From Eledone cirrhosa (lineage: Eukaryota): DNA of 64,000 bases. A program made the translations under genes and the position numbers. How positions within the stretch are numbered: position 1 is the stretch's first letter; each line of letters begins with the position of its first letter. Below, piece after piece: positions 1 to 15,250 of the stretch. Under the pieces are notes generated by a model that saw nothing but the letters and a program-made list of their open reading frames with translations, was not told where the DNA came from and ran no database searches. Location: NCBI GenBank assembly GCA_964016885.1, contig OZ024748.1, forward strand, positions 6,696,001 to 6,760,000. Direction: 5' to 3'.

Positions 1-674
1 ACTGAAAGAATTAGTTCATCAGATGATGAATACAAACCCACAAGAATCGTGCAATAGCTGAGGCTGTGTGTGCAGACAAAACTGAATGATATCCCAATAT
101 TTCGAGTAAAAAGAATGGAAGTAATTGGTTATGACACCAAACAGAAACTGAACGTCAATAAAACAGGCTTAGTGGGATTTCAAAAACTGTTTTCGTCGCC
201 GATGTCTCAAAAGATCGTTTAATATTCCTATAAAAAGAATATAGCAATATTTTCACCCACAATTTTAGATGAACATAGCGCATTTTGAAAATTCTTTTTT
301 TAATCTTTGTTAGGTCAAAGTGTTCTAAGAACATATTCACTGCAATCTATAACTAATTTAAGAAAATAGCAAATAGACCCTATTTAACGACGTAGCAAAC
401 CGATGTTTTGTTTCTGAAAAAAAAAATAATCATCAATTTTTTAGACAATGGAATAAGATGTAATTGCTCTTAGGTAAGGCTTATTACCAGCAAATTTGAG
501 GACAGTTAAATAAAAAACTTGGTTGTTTATGAACCTCAAGACAGGGATTGAAACTAGTCCAGCTGATCCATCATTCTCTGTCCACATGTATGGTATATAG
601 ACAGAAAGGTTATCTACGTCTATCCATACACATAGTGTTAGTCAAAAATCGATACGTATATATTTTATAGTGCA

Positions 675-714
<40 letters not shown>

Positions 715-835
715 GGGGGGGGTATGTATGTTTGTTTGTGCGTGTGATTTTCTGTGAGTGTGTGTGTCAGAGAGAGAGAGAGTTTCTGTGTATATCAAAG
801 ATATATGTATATATATATATATATTGTGTATGTGA

Positions 836-944
<109 letters not shown>

Positions 945-2133
945 TGTGAGTGTGTGTGTGTGTGCGTGCGTGTTTATCGGGTTATTGGCACAAACAATTT
1001 AAGATTTGTAAGAAGATAATAAAATTTAGTAAGACAAGCGCCAAGAAATCATTGTTTGAGTACAAACTAAAGAATAAAAGAGGAGAAACCAATACTTGTT
1101 CTACTGAAAGTAAAAATCAGTCTTTATGGTCCCAGACATACTTATGGACAAAAAAAATATAACAAGAAAAAGAAAAGTCCAAATAAACAATCGATGTCAT
1201 TGTTTGAAATGTCCTAGTGTTTGCTAAGTATGAATTTATCTACACAGATAATAGAATTTGTAACTATGTAGGGTCGTAATCCTGCCAACATTCTAACATT
1301 GGTGATTGAAATATATCTTGACGAAAAACTCATCACAAATGATGTTTTACATGCGAATCAATGAATAACAATAACAACAACAACAACAACAACAATAATA
1401 ATATTAATAATTATTATTTCTGATTTAGGCACAAGGCCAACAATTTTGGGAGACGGGAAAAGTTATTGTTTTTTTTTGCCAGGAAGATGGGCCCCAATGG
1501 CCAACGGGGCCCTGTCCTTAAGCACACCTAAGCATAATGGTAAATTCGGCACTGACCCTTCGGTGTTCCAAAACTGTGTGAGTTGTGGGAGGATTAACAT
1601 CTCACGATTCATACACGGCTTCATGTTGAAGAGACTCGTAAAAGCCGGACATTTTAAACATTTTCTATATTTCCCACGTAGAAATTGAATGTTTCACTAC
1701 TCATATGGGAAATGTTTCACTGCATCCTTCAATGATTTTACATTAAACGCCACCATCGTATAAAATATATTTCTTCTAAAATATCTATTTAATTATACAT
1801 AAAGTTCATATTTACATATGTAATAGTATGTTTTGGATGTCTGAGTGTTTATATTTTAAGTACATATAAAGATTGTATTTCATTACAGAGCTGAATCTTT
1901 TTGAATATCTCCAATGTTAGAAATTCAATCTCACTATGTAAATATCATAGTATCCTTAATATGTCGGTACATTTCTGTCTTAAAATAGCCTTCTTACCAC
2001 AGAGTATCATGTTGTATTCATTTTGATATTATCTCAACATTTATGTATCATTAAAATAAATATAATACAATAGTTAAAGAAAGATACAAGATTTCATACA
2101 ATAAAAGTGGATTTCGGCTCAGTATCAAATATA

Positions 2134-2205
<72 letters not shown>

Positions 2206-2310
2206 TATATATGTATGTATATATATATATATATACATATATATGTATGTATATATATATACGTATATATACATATATATATATATATACGTATATATAT
2301 ATATATTATA

Positions 2311-2350
<40 letters not shown>

Positions 2351-2377
2351 GTATATATATATATATATAAATACATC

Positions 2378-2461
<84 letters not shown>

Positions 2462-3078
2462 TAAAAAACGAGTTTCTCCCATTCTCTCTACATAAGGTTT
2501 TGCGTTCAAATAGGGGGAAACATAGCTTGTATCTGATCAAGCCATATATCTGTTCATCTAATTATCAAACCCAGTGGGAATAAAGGAGGGGATAATTATG
2601 GAAGTTAGGGATGGGTTCCAGCAAGAGACCCGTTAGTTTCCCAAGATGAAACTTATCTCAGATTTCCAGTATTTTGCGTGGACGTAGTACAAGGACCATG
2701 ACAGGAAATTAGAAATTCAAGCTTCTAGTTGATTGTGGTTGCTACATAGATATGAAGCCAGTTCACCTGTCAGCTTCTGCTTGTTCGTAGCAAATGATTT
2801 TTCTCTATAATAATAGGGAAGGAGAAAGCAGTGACGGTGCTGCGTGAGGTAGATGATGTGCGATAGAGTAAAAAATAACTCTAGTAAGTAAAATGGTAGT
2901 TCATGTAATGTGAAGGGGAAAGGTATAGCTTTATAATAAAGAATGAGTTAAAGTAATAACGTCATAAATCAGCAGATGTAGGTGTAGAGAGCGGAGAGAG
3001 AATGACAGAGAGAATTCTTGTCGTAGAAAGAGGGAAAGGTGCAGAGAAATATATGTACACCTAAACACACACAGATAC

Positions 3079-3209
<131 letters not shown>

Positions 3210-3411
3210 GATATATACGTATGTATGCGTGTGTGTAAAGGGAGAGAGAGAGTGCATGCACAGAAGACAGAAATTAATTATGTATATGGGTGAGTCACAA
3301 TCTGTTCACCTATGTATGTGTTGCCTATTCTTGTGGATTAAATATATTCATATTTGTCTAAATTATATTCTTCGGCTTATATATTTATATAATATATATA
3401 ATATATATGAT

Positions 3412-3992
3412 ATCCTCAGTGTATACTGATTAATGTTCAGAGCTATCCTCAGCATTCTCGTGTAGCACCCATCCAACATCTGAGTGAGTTTCTTGGTCAG
3501 TGTCCAAGTCTCAGACCCGTACAGCAGCAGAGATTCCACTACAGCAATGAAGAGGCGGATTTTCAGGTCTTTACGAAGGTCCTACTTCCACATCGATCAC
3601 AAGCTGTGACACGCCGCCCAGGATTTGCTCTTCCTCTCAACCACATCATCTTCCGTATTACCAATCTTTGCTCCCAAATACAGGAAGTCCTCAACCAATT
3701 CTAGCGGCTTTAGTGATCTCCTCTGGCTCCTCAACATTTTCTACCAGATATTTTGTTTTAGTCTCATTCATTCTCAGCCCCACACTTATCGACACAGTCT
3801 CAACCTCCTGCATCAAATCCTCTGCCTCCTTCACTGTATTTGTCACCAATTGTCACTATATCGTCGGAAAATTCAGCATCCGATATCCTTTTCGCCATAA
3901 CTATCCTGCTCTGAGCCGGTGCTACAGTAAAGCCAGAGTCCTGGTGTTTCTCCAGTGCAAGGCGCATACAATAGACCACTACCATGATAAAA
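3412..3992 (-). mobile_element. RTE-clade LINE reverse-transcriptase fragment (inverted 5' part of an insertion)
   Basis: Minus-strand translation gives ISDAEFSDDI (degenerate RT (Y/F)ADD motif) and downstream ...LDGCYTRMLRIALNI; frameshifted. Confidence 0.8.
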
Positions 3993-4322
3993 AGGATGGC
4001 TCTGAACATTAATCAGTATACACTGAGGATGAAAAACTCAGAGCTGTATGGGAGCCTCCCAAAAGTCAGCTCAAAAGTGACACAGAGGAGATTGAGGTTA
4101 GCTGAACATGCTCACCGACATCCAGAGTTGAGATTGCACTCAGTGCTCCTGTGGAAGCCCCTATATGGACACACTGGAAGAGGAAGACCAAGGTTAACGT
4201 ATATTGATGCACTAAGGACAGACACTGGCCTGTTGGAGACGCAGGACATGGCAGCGATAATGAGGGATAGAGACCGCTGGAGAAAACTCGTCCATGGATC
4301 TCGGGAATTTTACCCGCCCTAG
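3993..4322 (+). mobile_element. RTE-clade LINE 3' end (C-terminal ORF part)
   Basis: ORF ...NSELYGSLPKVSSKVTQRRLRLAEHAHRHPE...GRPRLTYIDALRTDTG...RDRWRK, a typical RTE C-terminus; ends in a (TA)/(GATA) tract; second copy at 50018-50138. Confidence 0.85.
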
Positions 4323-4404
4323 ATATATAGATAGATATATGATATACATATATATATATATGTGTGTGTGTGTGTATATATATATGTGTGTGTATATATA
4401 TATA

Positions 4405-4438
<34 letters not shown>

Positions 4439-4928
4439 CATATATATACATTGTACATATATATTATGCATATATAATATATATAGAGAGATCTTTCATT
4501 GTTATATTTTAGCACACATATATCATATGAATCAGTTAAAGTATTCGTTTACGTGTGTACACATCCACATAAGCTAGACAACTCTTAAATCTGCCGCCCA
4601 ATGCTAAAACTCTATTTCTAATATGCCCGTTATGATATTCTGTTTTATGATATTGTCAACAGTTATATAAAACAGTAGCTGTACATCTAATAATTGACTT
4701 AACTTTGATTTTTTGTTTGTAGTTTTGTGGGGGGTTTTTTGTGTTCTTTGTTTTGCATTGTTTTACATTCAATGTCAACCAGGCGTTTGTAATCTTATAA
4801 AACCTTTATTCCTATTTTTTTTTTTTTTTTTTATCAATCATTTATCTTTTGTCTTCGAAATTTGGTTTTCCTCTGTCACTCTCAGTACTTTTGTTCTGAT
4901 AACTTTATTTTTTTATTACAATTTAAAT

Positions 4929-4963
<35 letters not shown>

Positions 4964-4982
4964 CACACACACACACACACAC

Positions 4983-5038
<56 letters not shown>

Positions 5039-5041
<3 letters not shown>

Positions 5042-5221
5042 CAATCTCAGAATTTAAATTGTAATAAATAAAGTCCAGTAATTGCCGTCGAAACGGCTTG
5101 AGCTCTGCCGTCGGGGTTAAACATACATTTTCCTATTACCCACTCTACTATACTAGTATTGAGTATTGAGTACTCTGGTGCGTTATGGTCCATCTGGTTC
5201 CTTACTACACTTCCTTCGTTA
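5039..5221 (+). mobile_element. Penelope-like terminal fragment, family A (3' half of HHR)
   Basis: GAAA-CGGC-ttgagctct-GCCG-TC^GGGGT at 5090-5117; flanked by (TA)n on both sides; 7 related copies in the window. Confidence 0.7.
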
Positions 5222-5226
5222 TATAT

Positions 5227-5329
<103 letters not shown>

Positions 5330-6083
5330 TGTGTGTGGCTGTGATATGCATACACACACATAAATATGTATCTCTCTATACATATATATGCGTGTGTGTT
5401 TCATATTTTTTGTCTCTTTTATCATTCATATATATTTTTTCTTTTTCATTTCACTTTTCGTGACGTTTTTCCACCATTTTTACTACACGTAATTCATGTG
5501 AATGGTCTTTCCATATCTCTTTTGTACTTTTCTTTAAATTTCTTTTCTTCAAATTTAATGTCCGTAAAATCTCATTTGACTTCTCCTCACTCTCAGCTCA
5601 TCAGTTTCTCTCTTGTTCTAACGTCTTTTCCTCTCTATATAGTCTCTCTTTTCTCTCTTTGGTTTCCATCTTTCGTGTTTTGTTTTGTCTTGTTACATTT
5701 CTTGCTCTGTTTCTCTTCCATTGTTATATTCCGTCCTTTTGCTGTTTTCATGTCTTTTGTTCATCCATTCCTCTGTTTTACTCCCTTTCCAACAAACCCT
5801 TCCCTGGTTTATATATGTATAGTACTCTCACCATGTCTTCTCTCACCCCACTTAGTCATTTTTTATTATAATTTCGCCGTCTCATTGATAGAGGAAATAA
5901 ATAGTAGGAAAGAACGTATAAGTGAGTGTGTGAGTGAGTTAGAGAGAGAAAGCCACAGAAAGAGAGAGTGAGAGAGTGCGAGAGAGAGTGTAAAAGAAAC
6001 AGACATAGAGACTATAGGAGAGGAAGAGTTATAGAGTGAGAGAGAAATACAGAATGAGAAAGAGAAGAGAAGAGAAAAAAAAC

Positions 6084-6181
<98 letters not shown>

Positions 6182-6963
6182 CAAGCTTGTATCGGGGTAG
6201 AAGAAGAAATTAAAAGAGAGTCGGTACAAAGAGAGGGAGAGATAGTCATTATATAGACATAAATGTGTTATTGTTTGCATATATGTGTTCCAGGAATATT
6301 CTAAAGGCGATTATTATTATTATTAATATTATTAGTATTATTATTATTAGTATTTTTGTTTCCCTTTCCCATTTTCAGTAATTCTACAATAAATTAATTT
6401 TAAACTTGCTAAAACATTTCACTTTATGACTTTATTCTTAATCATTTCAATTTTAATGTCGTCTCACGTTACTATTTTCTATCTAAAATAACAATTTTGT
6501 TGCAAGAATTTTCACTGATTTTTAAACGCCCTTAACTCTTTGAATCATTATTTTATAGATAATCGATATCCATCTTATTATTTGTTTATTTATTTTACGT
6601 TTTTCTTTTCCCCTAATTCTATTATCGTATTTTTCGTTAAAGTTATTTTTTCTGCCATTCTTTTATTTCATTCTCATTCGTTTTTATCTTTTTTATTTAT
6701 TATTTTTTTACTTCAATTCCTTCCTCTTTTACTTTCTTTCTCTTTCTTTCTTTAACCCTTTCCCTCTTTCTTTCCCTCTTTCTCTTTCTCTCTACTTTAC
6801 TTTCTTTCATTTATCCATTGTTACTTCCTCATTTTGATTTGTTTCGCTTTTCTTTCTTACGTCACTATATTAATCACAAATTTCGTTTTTATGATACGAA
6901 ATGTTAATAACAACAACTACAACGAAAACAAAACCCACAGTAATAACAATAACTGTAAGTATA

Positions 6964-7158
6964 ATCGGTAGAGCGTCAGACACCATTCTTTGCAACATAG
7001 AGTAACAGTCCTTTATGTTCTCTGTTCAGATCCCACCGATGTTAAATTTGCCTTTCATCATTACGGGGTCGATAAGAAAAAATACCAGTAATGCACTGGT
7101 GTCGATTTAATCGACTTCCCCTCGCCCTCAAAATTGCTGGCTAAATTAAAAATCATTA
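6964..7158 (+). mobile_element. tRNA-derived Deu/Nin-domain SINE, long form
   Basis: Degenerate B box GTTCAGATCC, GCCTTTCATC..GGGGTCGATAA..TACCAG core, and the GTCGATTTAATCGAC segment. Confidence 0.75.
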
Positions 7159-7883
7159 TATTTATTATTATACTTAAATTGTGTAAAATCTAAACTATAA
7201 TAAAGGAAGGTCTGTGGGATTGCGTACGGTTTTTTTTTATTTGTTATCCCGTGTGTAAAATAAGTTGGATTACTTTGAATAAATAATGAATGAATATTAC
7301 ATAATTTATCTACTAAATTTCGTGGCTGTTCATTAAATATATTTTGTTTATTTAAAGATTCACTTCTTTAGAATTTCTGAAATGTCAACACTTCCGGTGG
7401 CGATCGCTTAAATAAACATACTAATTTTCAGTCACTAATTTTCCCCTAATGCAGTTTATATATAATATCGTCTTTTTTAATGTATCATGGATTACTTTAC
7501 TGATTAAATGAGACTGAGTAACGCAGTCTTCGTTCAATTTCTATGTATTATATATTGTCAATTACGATTTTATTTGATGTATCATATCTACATGTATATA
7601 TACTTGCGTATAATATCAATATACACACTACACATGCTAGCAGAAAACCACCCAAAGGGTGGTTTTTTTGCTATATCAATAATGACGGGAAAGTAATTGC
7701 AGTTTTTATTCTAGCTCTCTGCATGGTGAGTTCAAATCTCGCTGCGGTGACATTCCCCTTTCATCCTCCGGGCACCATTAAACTAAAGTATCTGTACAGT
7801 ACTGGGGTCTATAAAATCGATTGTTTCTCTTCACAACAAATTACCAACCTTGTCTCTAACTTAGAAATCAAAATTATCATCAT

Positions 7884-8076
7884 GGTGGTGGATTGGCAGT
7901 ATCGGTAGAGGGTCGGACGCCATGCTTTGACGCATAGAGTTACGGCCCTTGCCATTCTGAGTTCAAATCCCGCCGAGGTTAACTTTGCCTTTCATCCTTA
8001 CGGGGTCGATAAAATAAAGTACCAGTAATGCACTAGGGTAATTGCTGGCCTTGTGCCAAATATAGAAACAATTATT
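7884..8076 (+). mobile_element. tRNA-derived Deu/Nin-domain SINE, short form, full length
   Basis: A box TGGCAGTATCGG, B box GTTCAAATCC, core GCCTTTCATCCTTACGGGGTCGATAAAATAAAGTACCAG, tail GGCCTTGTGCC..AGAAACAATTATT; an older degenerate copy lies at about 7690-7878. Confidence 0.9.
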
Positions 8077-8377
8077 ATATAAAATCATATATATATATAT
8101 ATAATTAATATATGTATCTTCTATGGTACCTCCCTGTAATATTTTACTGTATCTGTAGCCCTGTTCTGCATCAATTTGTTACAGTCCAGCAATTTATGTA
8201 ATCACAATCATTGTAATCACTATTTATATGAGAAAACAAAGAGTTAGTTATATTGATACCAGAATCTTTTTAATTCAGTTTCATGATACGTTAATGAAAT
8301 TTCTTGAAAATTTCTCTCTCATAAATTTCCTCTTCCTACTTTCACTCTTCCTTCTCCCACTCTTCCTCCTCACTCCC

Positions 8378-8410
<33 letters not shown>

Positions 8411-9321
8411 TCACTTTTCCTTCTCCTTGTCCTCCCCCTCCCGCTTCTTCAAAATAATAACATCTTGGAACTCCTATGAATCCTGTAATTATCAAATATT
8501 ACCCATAGAGTTTTGTGGTTTTCATTTTCTTTTGTGTGTTTTAATTCAATAAAGATTGTTATTTTTAAAATCTATAAAATTCTATTCTTTCTGTATTTTT
8601 CTAACATTCATTTTTGCAACATTTTTTATTTTCCTCTTTTATAATTGTTTCCTTTTGTTATGTTTTCTTCATTGCTACAATATTTAACAGATCTTATATA
8701 TAGAGATATTTCTATTTAATCTGAAATTTTCAAACATTTCCTTTATTATATAGCTAGAATCTCTAAAATAAGAAACGCCCCCTTTGTAGCCTAAATGAGT
8801 ACAAATGAAACGTCTTTAAAAAAAAGTACCTTGCTTTACTTAATGAATCAATTATGTCGGATGACCTTCTTTGGTTTAATCAATGTATTAATCTATAATT
8901 ACTTCTATTAGGAAATCACGCTGCTGCAGGAAATAAAACACATATTTTACCATTGGGACCTCACATATTGATGGGATAGTATAAGCTTTATTGTGCACTA
9001 CAGCCTCTCTTACATATTTCACAAAATTAAGCGGAGCTCTTCCCTCGCCAGGTGATTTCGCCACAGCTGATTTCTTCCAGAATGAAATAATAATCAGAGA
9101 GAGAGAGAAAGAGCGAGAGTGGAGGGGGGATATGGAAGAATAAAAGAAATAAGGACATCTATTCATTTGTAAATTATTTATAATTATCAACCTAGAATCG
9201 ATGAAAGGACTATAATTAAAGGTAAATATGATGCTCCTTAAATGCCTAAAATATTGCTTTTATTAAATATGTTTCGCAAAAAATATACGGTCTCACGTCA
9301 AATAACTTGCAAAGCAGGTAG

Positions 9322-9356
<35 letters not shown>

Positions 9357-9607
9357 TTATATGTATATTAAAGCGATGAAATGCCTAGGACGGTTGGAGG
9401 GTCACTGATGAAGGACTTACTTTTTCATATGTAACCCATTTGCAACGCCGCAGCTCCATTATTATCATATATATATATATATATACAAGTCTCTGCATAA
9501 ATATATACATTCTTACCTCCATATGCCCATACATACTTACATAGAGGATTTATATCATATAATTATATACAGAGATACACGTACGTACATCTATAAACAT
9601 AAACCTG

Positions 9608-9714
<107 letters not shown>

Positions 9715-10410
9715 GCATAGATACATGCATAATCTCCTTTACTCCCTTCCTGTCCAGCAACACTCCCTTGTAATTAGCATCAAAGCTACAAGTCTTGTCT
9801 TAAAGCTAGACAAATGACACATCCTTCCTTACATTCAGATCACCCAGCCTGTAGCTATGAACTCACATAAACCACCCGCTTCCTGCTGACAAAAGGGTGG
9901 ATGCACGTTCTGCATATCGGACCACACCGGATGTCTAAAAGTTGGAGGGATGACTGTGGGTGTGTGTATAAGGAAAAGTAAAGAGATGGATATATATAGG
10001 AAGGGGTATTTTTGTAATATAGAGAGAGGTGAGAATCAGAAGTGGTAATAGTTATTGCTAACGCAATTTGTAAGCAGTGTTGGTAGTAGAGAATCTTCTA
10101 GATCTAGCTGCAAATAGTAAAAGTAAGGAGGGGTTAAAATAGTGTGAGATAGATATATACAAAAAGGGAGTAGAAGGAGTTACTTTGTAGAGAGCAGAGA
10201 GAGGAAAAGAAGGAGAGGGAATTAATGAGAGTCTTGTTGGGGTTTGACAATGTAACAGGAAAATTGTTGAAAAGTAAATGAGAGATTTAAGAAGAAGGAC
10301 TGAAGGAAAGAAGGAAGGCCAGAAATAATATGTTTGGTGTAGGAGGACAACTTTAATATTCTGTTATGATTTAACTACCATTCAACTGTCCTATGGTTTT
10401 GTAGGTTTCT

Positions 10411-10450
<40 letters not shown>

Positions 10451-10679
10451 TGGTTGTCATTTATTTTTTTCATTTATTTTGTTTTGACCTGTTTAGCTTG
10501 ATTTGGTTTTTGGCTTGGGTGGTTAATGCCTTCTTGACCACGTTCTCAGCTTTATATGGCTTCTTAACACATTGTTTAGCTCTGGATTTTAACTATTGAG
10601 CACTTGGCCAGTAGCATTTCTGATTTTTGCGTTTCGCTTCACTTTTTCCTGCCCGCCGAAAATGCGATTCTCGCTGAGT

Positions 10680-10753
<74 letters not shown>

Positions 10754-10780
10754 TTATTAATATATATATATATATTTATT

Positions 10781-10870
<90 letters not shown>

Positions 10871-10926
10871 TTCGGATCTAGCTGTCGAAACGGCCGGAGC
10901 TCAGCCGTCGGGGTCTTGAATCTTTT

Positions 10927-10971
<45 letters not shown>

Positions 10972-10985
10972 TAAAATATATATAT

Positions 10986-11036
10986 AGTTTCAGAAGATCC
11001 CGTTAAGGGTGAAAGCAGCGATTCTTTGCTTAAACT
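10986..11036 (+). ncRNA. Type-I hammerhead ribozyme, U4A core variant (family C pLTR fragment 10986-11150)
   Basis: Stem I AGTTT/AAACT, core CAGAAGA, stem II tCCC-gttaa-GGGt, GAAA, stem III AGCA/TGCT, H17=U at 11031; identical core at 63053-63101. Confidence 0.7.
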
Positions 11037-11148
11037 TTAATCTGTTATTTTAATAAATATTTGCTCTATGGTTCTTATATATTTGATATATATATTTATC
11101 CTTATCGAACCCTCTTTGGATTTTAGTCTTCAAATTTATTATTATTAC

Positions 11149-11261
<113 letters not shown>

Positions 11262-11420
11262 ATATATATATATATATACGTGTGTGTGTGAATCTCGGGT
11301 TCAATCGAGGATAACCATAGTAAGTAAGCTATTCAATACTACAGTATAGTGTGAACATAGTTTAATATAGAAATAACTAAACAGTTCTATTCATGTAAAA
11401 GCCATTTCTATGTTATACTC

Positions 11421-11475
<55 letters not shown>

Positions 11476-11779
11476 AATAATGATGGCTGTGCGTTGCAAA
11501 TGGGGTGCATATGAAAAAGTAAGTCCTTCATCAGTGACCCTCCAACCGTCCCAGGCATTTCATCGCTTTAAGGGCCATATACCTCAGGTTGGTGCGAACA
11601 ACGGCTAAAAAAAGTCGTTGGGACACGTAAATAAAGGGGACGTTAGGGTAACAAACAAAATGGTTTAAGCAACGGAATATATATATATATATCACATTTG
11701 TTAATACTTTGAATGAACCCTATCGTACAGCCGAACCATGTTATTCTTCACTCATTTACTATATATATGTATATATGTA

Positions 11780-12076
<297 letters not shown>

Positions 12077-12173
12077 TCTACCTGGAGTTGCGACCGATAG
12101 ATAGTATTAGCAATTGGAAAGACCAACGGAAACATAGTTTCCTCGGTCCGATTTGACGAAAGTCGATCGACTA

Positions 12174-12215
<42 letters not shown>

Positions 12216-12828
12216 ATATATATATATATACATTTGTATACATTTCTGCCTCGGTGAATCTAGATGCCGTATGGAAGCCAATTCTATTAATTTTCCAGCG
12301 AGGCTGAAAACCTAAGACAACATCGTTACATTAATCATTATGGATTTCTTTGAATGCTGGATTCTTACAACTGATATGAAAGGGAGAAGGAAGAATACAA
12401 GTTTACGATAATAAAGAAATTATCATCATCATCATCATCATCATCATCGTCATCATCATCATCCTCACCATCATAACAATAATGTTCATCATCATCATCA
12501 TCATTGTTATTTACTATGAGTGTGTGTGACTGTAAGCACAGGTCATGGACTTGAAATGAAATTACAACTGTAGATATAGTCTCAATTTCTTAATTAAGAA
12601 AATGTAATTAAGAAATTGTAATAGAATGTAAACAGTTCTAGTTCCCAGTAGACATTGGCGTGTAATTTAATTAGAGGTGAAACAGATATAGAGAAATATA
12701 CTTAGATAGATAGACAGATAGATAGATAGATAGATAGATAGATATACAGAGAGATAGATAGATAGATAGATAGATAATTTTAGTTATATATACATATATA
12801 TATATATATAATATATATATATATAAAT

Positions 12829-12861
<33 letters not shown>

Positions 12862-14883
12862 TAGAGAGAGGGAGAGAGAGAGAGATGTATTTATGCTTGT
12901 ATATGTATATGATTGGGAATAGTTTTCTGAATAAGAACGAATTAAAACAGTTAAAAAGGTACTCAATGCAATGTGTTACGCTGAAGGTCCTTGATATTTA
13001 CAAGGACTATGAAAAGGACTTCATGAGAGAAGGACCTATCAAAGAACCTTTTATATCCAAGGTTAATCTGACTGTTAAGAATTACTCCTTTTCAATTGTA
13101 GTTTAAGATTTATTTCTGGGAGCTCTAAAAGAATTCCATTCACACGGGTCTTTCTCATAAGTCTCACCTACTTTTTAATGCATTTGTTGAAGGTCTAACC
13201 TTTCATCTCTGATGTGTAATTGAAATGTCAGTACCAGGGGCTATAATAAATGTATTGTTTTACCTTGGCACACGAACAGAATTTGCAGTTGTGCGTTTCA
13301 TTTGATAGTCCTCAAAGTAATAAAAACATCTAGATTAGACACTTCATATGTTTCAACACGAAAGTGATGAGGACATCATCACCTACTCTCCACTCCTACA
13401 TTTCTCTTAAAGAAGAACTTGGAAAGATGATAGCAAGGGCAATATGGATGATATTTTTATATCTGAATACTGCTACCAATTCGTAGTGGAGATGTATACT
13501 AAAATAATTTAACCATGGGATATGACTTTCTGCTATCCCTTCTGTCAACTTCCGAGGAATAAATGGTATGTTAGCTACTGGACACATTTCAATTTAATGT
13601 CATATTGAACAGATCTCTAAGCTAGCTACATATTCTTTCTAGCTCTTCAATCTTGTATACATGACCCATAGGAGTTGATTTAAATATCCGCCATCTATAT
13701 GGCTATAGCCATCTGTTAAACAGTCTGCTCAAACAAACAAAGAATTGGGTTTTTCTTTCTGTTAAAAAGACAGATCCCTGATGAAAGGATACAATGATCA
13801 ACGACAGCAATGTTTAAGGCACTGAGGTGATTCCTAGCAACCGAAATATAATTTCATATCTTACTGCAAACGTTGTACACGTATTTGTCTGCTTTTATTT
13901 ATTTTTTGGGACAACCACACCCAATACAACTTCCCTAAGCGCCTCATAGCCTGCACAAACAATAACTATTGATATAAAGAACTACGGACAGATTTTCTGC
14001 TCACTGTCCATTTGAATATGAACAGCTATACTACGGTACTATGTAAACATAGATTATGATATTATAGAAACCATTGATTGTATTTCTTTGTCCACTTGTC
14101 TCATTTGTAATTATTTTATTCATATATTTCAAATCATCACACTTCTTAGCTTGTAAATAGTGTCTGATTTAAGCTGTAAAAAACAGGCACCACTGCTACA
14201 TAACTTTACGAGCACACCTTGTTTCCTTACACTGAAGCTTATAACAAACTCTAAATACTCATATCTTGTCGCATTCGGGTTTTACAGAACATTCTGTTTT
14301 CATGATTCAGATGTTTTTGTAAAACTCTAAATTCACCGTTGCTATAAGATTGTCAAAAGTTACCAGCATAGGTTCGTTCACAAACTAAATCGTTGACGAA
14401 AAGGACTCAGACGTGCTGAATTTGAGTAAAAATCTTCGTCCACAGCTAAAACCTCGATCAGGCTTTTGAATCGATATCTGGAACTCACATAAATTGTGAT
14501 TAAACTGTCACACTCCATTCACAATGTTTTCCTATGTTTGGTAGCTATGGCGAAGGAAGCTGCGTATTGGACTCGTCTAAAACGTTTAAGGACTGAAATC
14601 CCCCCTCTCTGGATAAACTCTCATCTTCCTCAAGCTCCACCTAAAGAGGAAAGTGAAGGAAGAGAGGATATTGCTACTTTCGAGTGTGTTTTGTTATTAT
14701 TATGTTGATGCTGTTATTGTCGTTTTTATTGTTATTTTTTATTGTGTTACCGTTATTTATGGGGAGAGCGGGAAACACGGGGTAGTGACAGTGGAAGTTT
14801 GTTTCCATTATGTTCGGACCTGGTATATATGCATATATTTATTAACCATACCACATAAACCGTATATTAGGCGTATTATTATA

Positions 14884-15080
14884 GCTTGGTGGATTGGCAA
14901 TATCGGTAGAGGGCCAGACGCCATGCTTTCCAGAATAGAGTTACGTCCCTTTATGGTCCGAGTTCAAATCCCGACGAGGTTAACTTTGCCGTTCATCGTT
15001 ATGGGGGTCGATAAAATAAAGTACCAGTAATGGACTGGGATAATTGCTGGCCTTGTGCCAAAAAATTGGAAACAATTATA
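14884..15080 (+). mobile_element. Deu/Nin-domain SINE, short form
   Basis: Near-full match to the 7884-8076 copy. Confidence 0.9.
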
Positions 15081-15250
15081 GTTTAGAATCCTTTTTTTAG
15101 TGATTTTACATATGAGGAAATATTGATCTCATAACACTCCATACGACATGCAGTATATCGAATATACCTGGAATTGTTGGTAGAATTTATATGACTAACG
15201 AACATGTTGGCGACATAATGAAATATAAATATACAAGTTTTAAATATAAT

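Noticed and set aside
5366-5971. 201-aa hydrophobic ORF
   Set aside because: Pyrimidine-rich low-complexity strand; no recognisable domain
7884-7975. tRNA genes at A/B-box motifs
   Set aside because: Always continue into the SINE body and tail; no closed cloverleaf
13100-13900. Coding-like decayed sequence
   Set aside because: Could not assign to any family by eye; multiple stops
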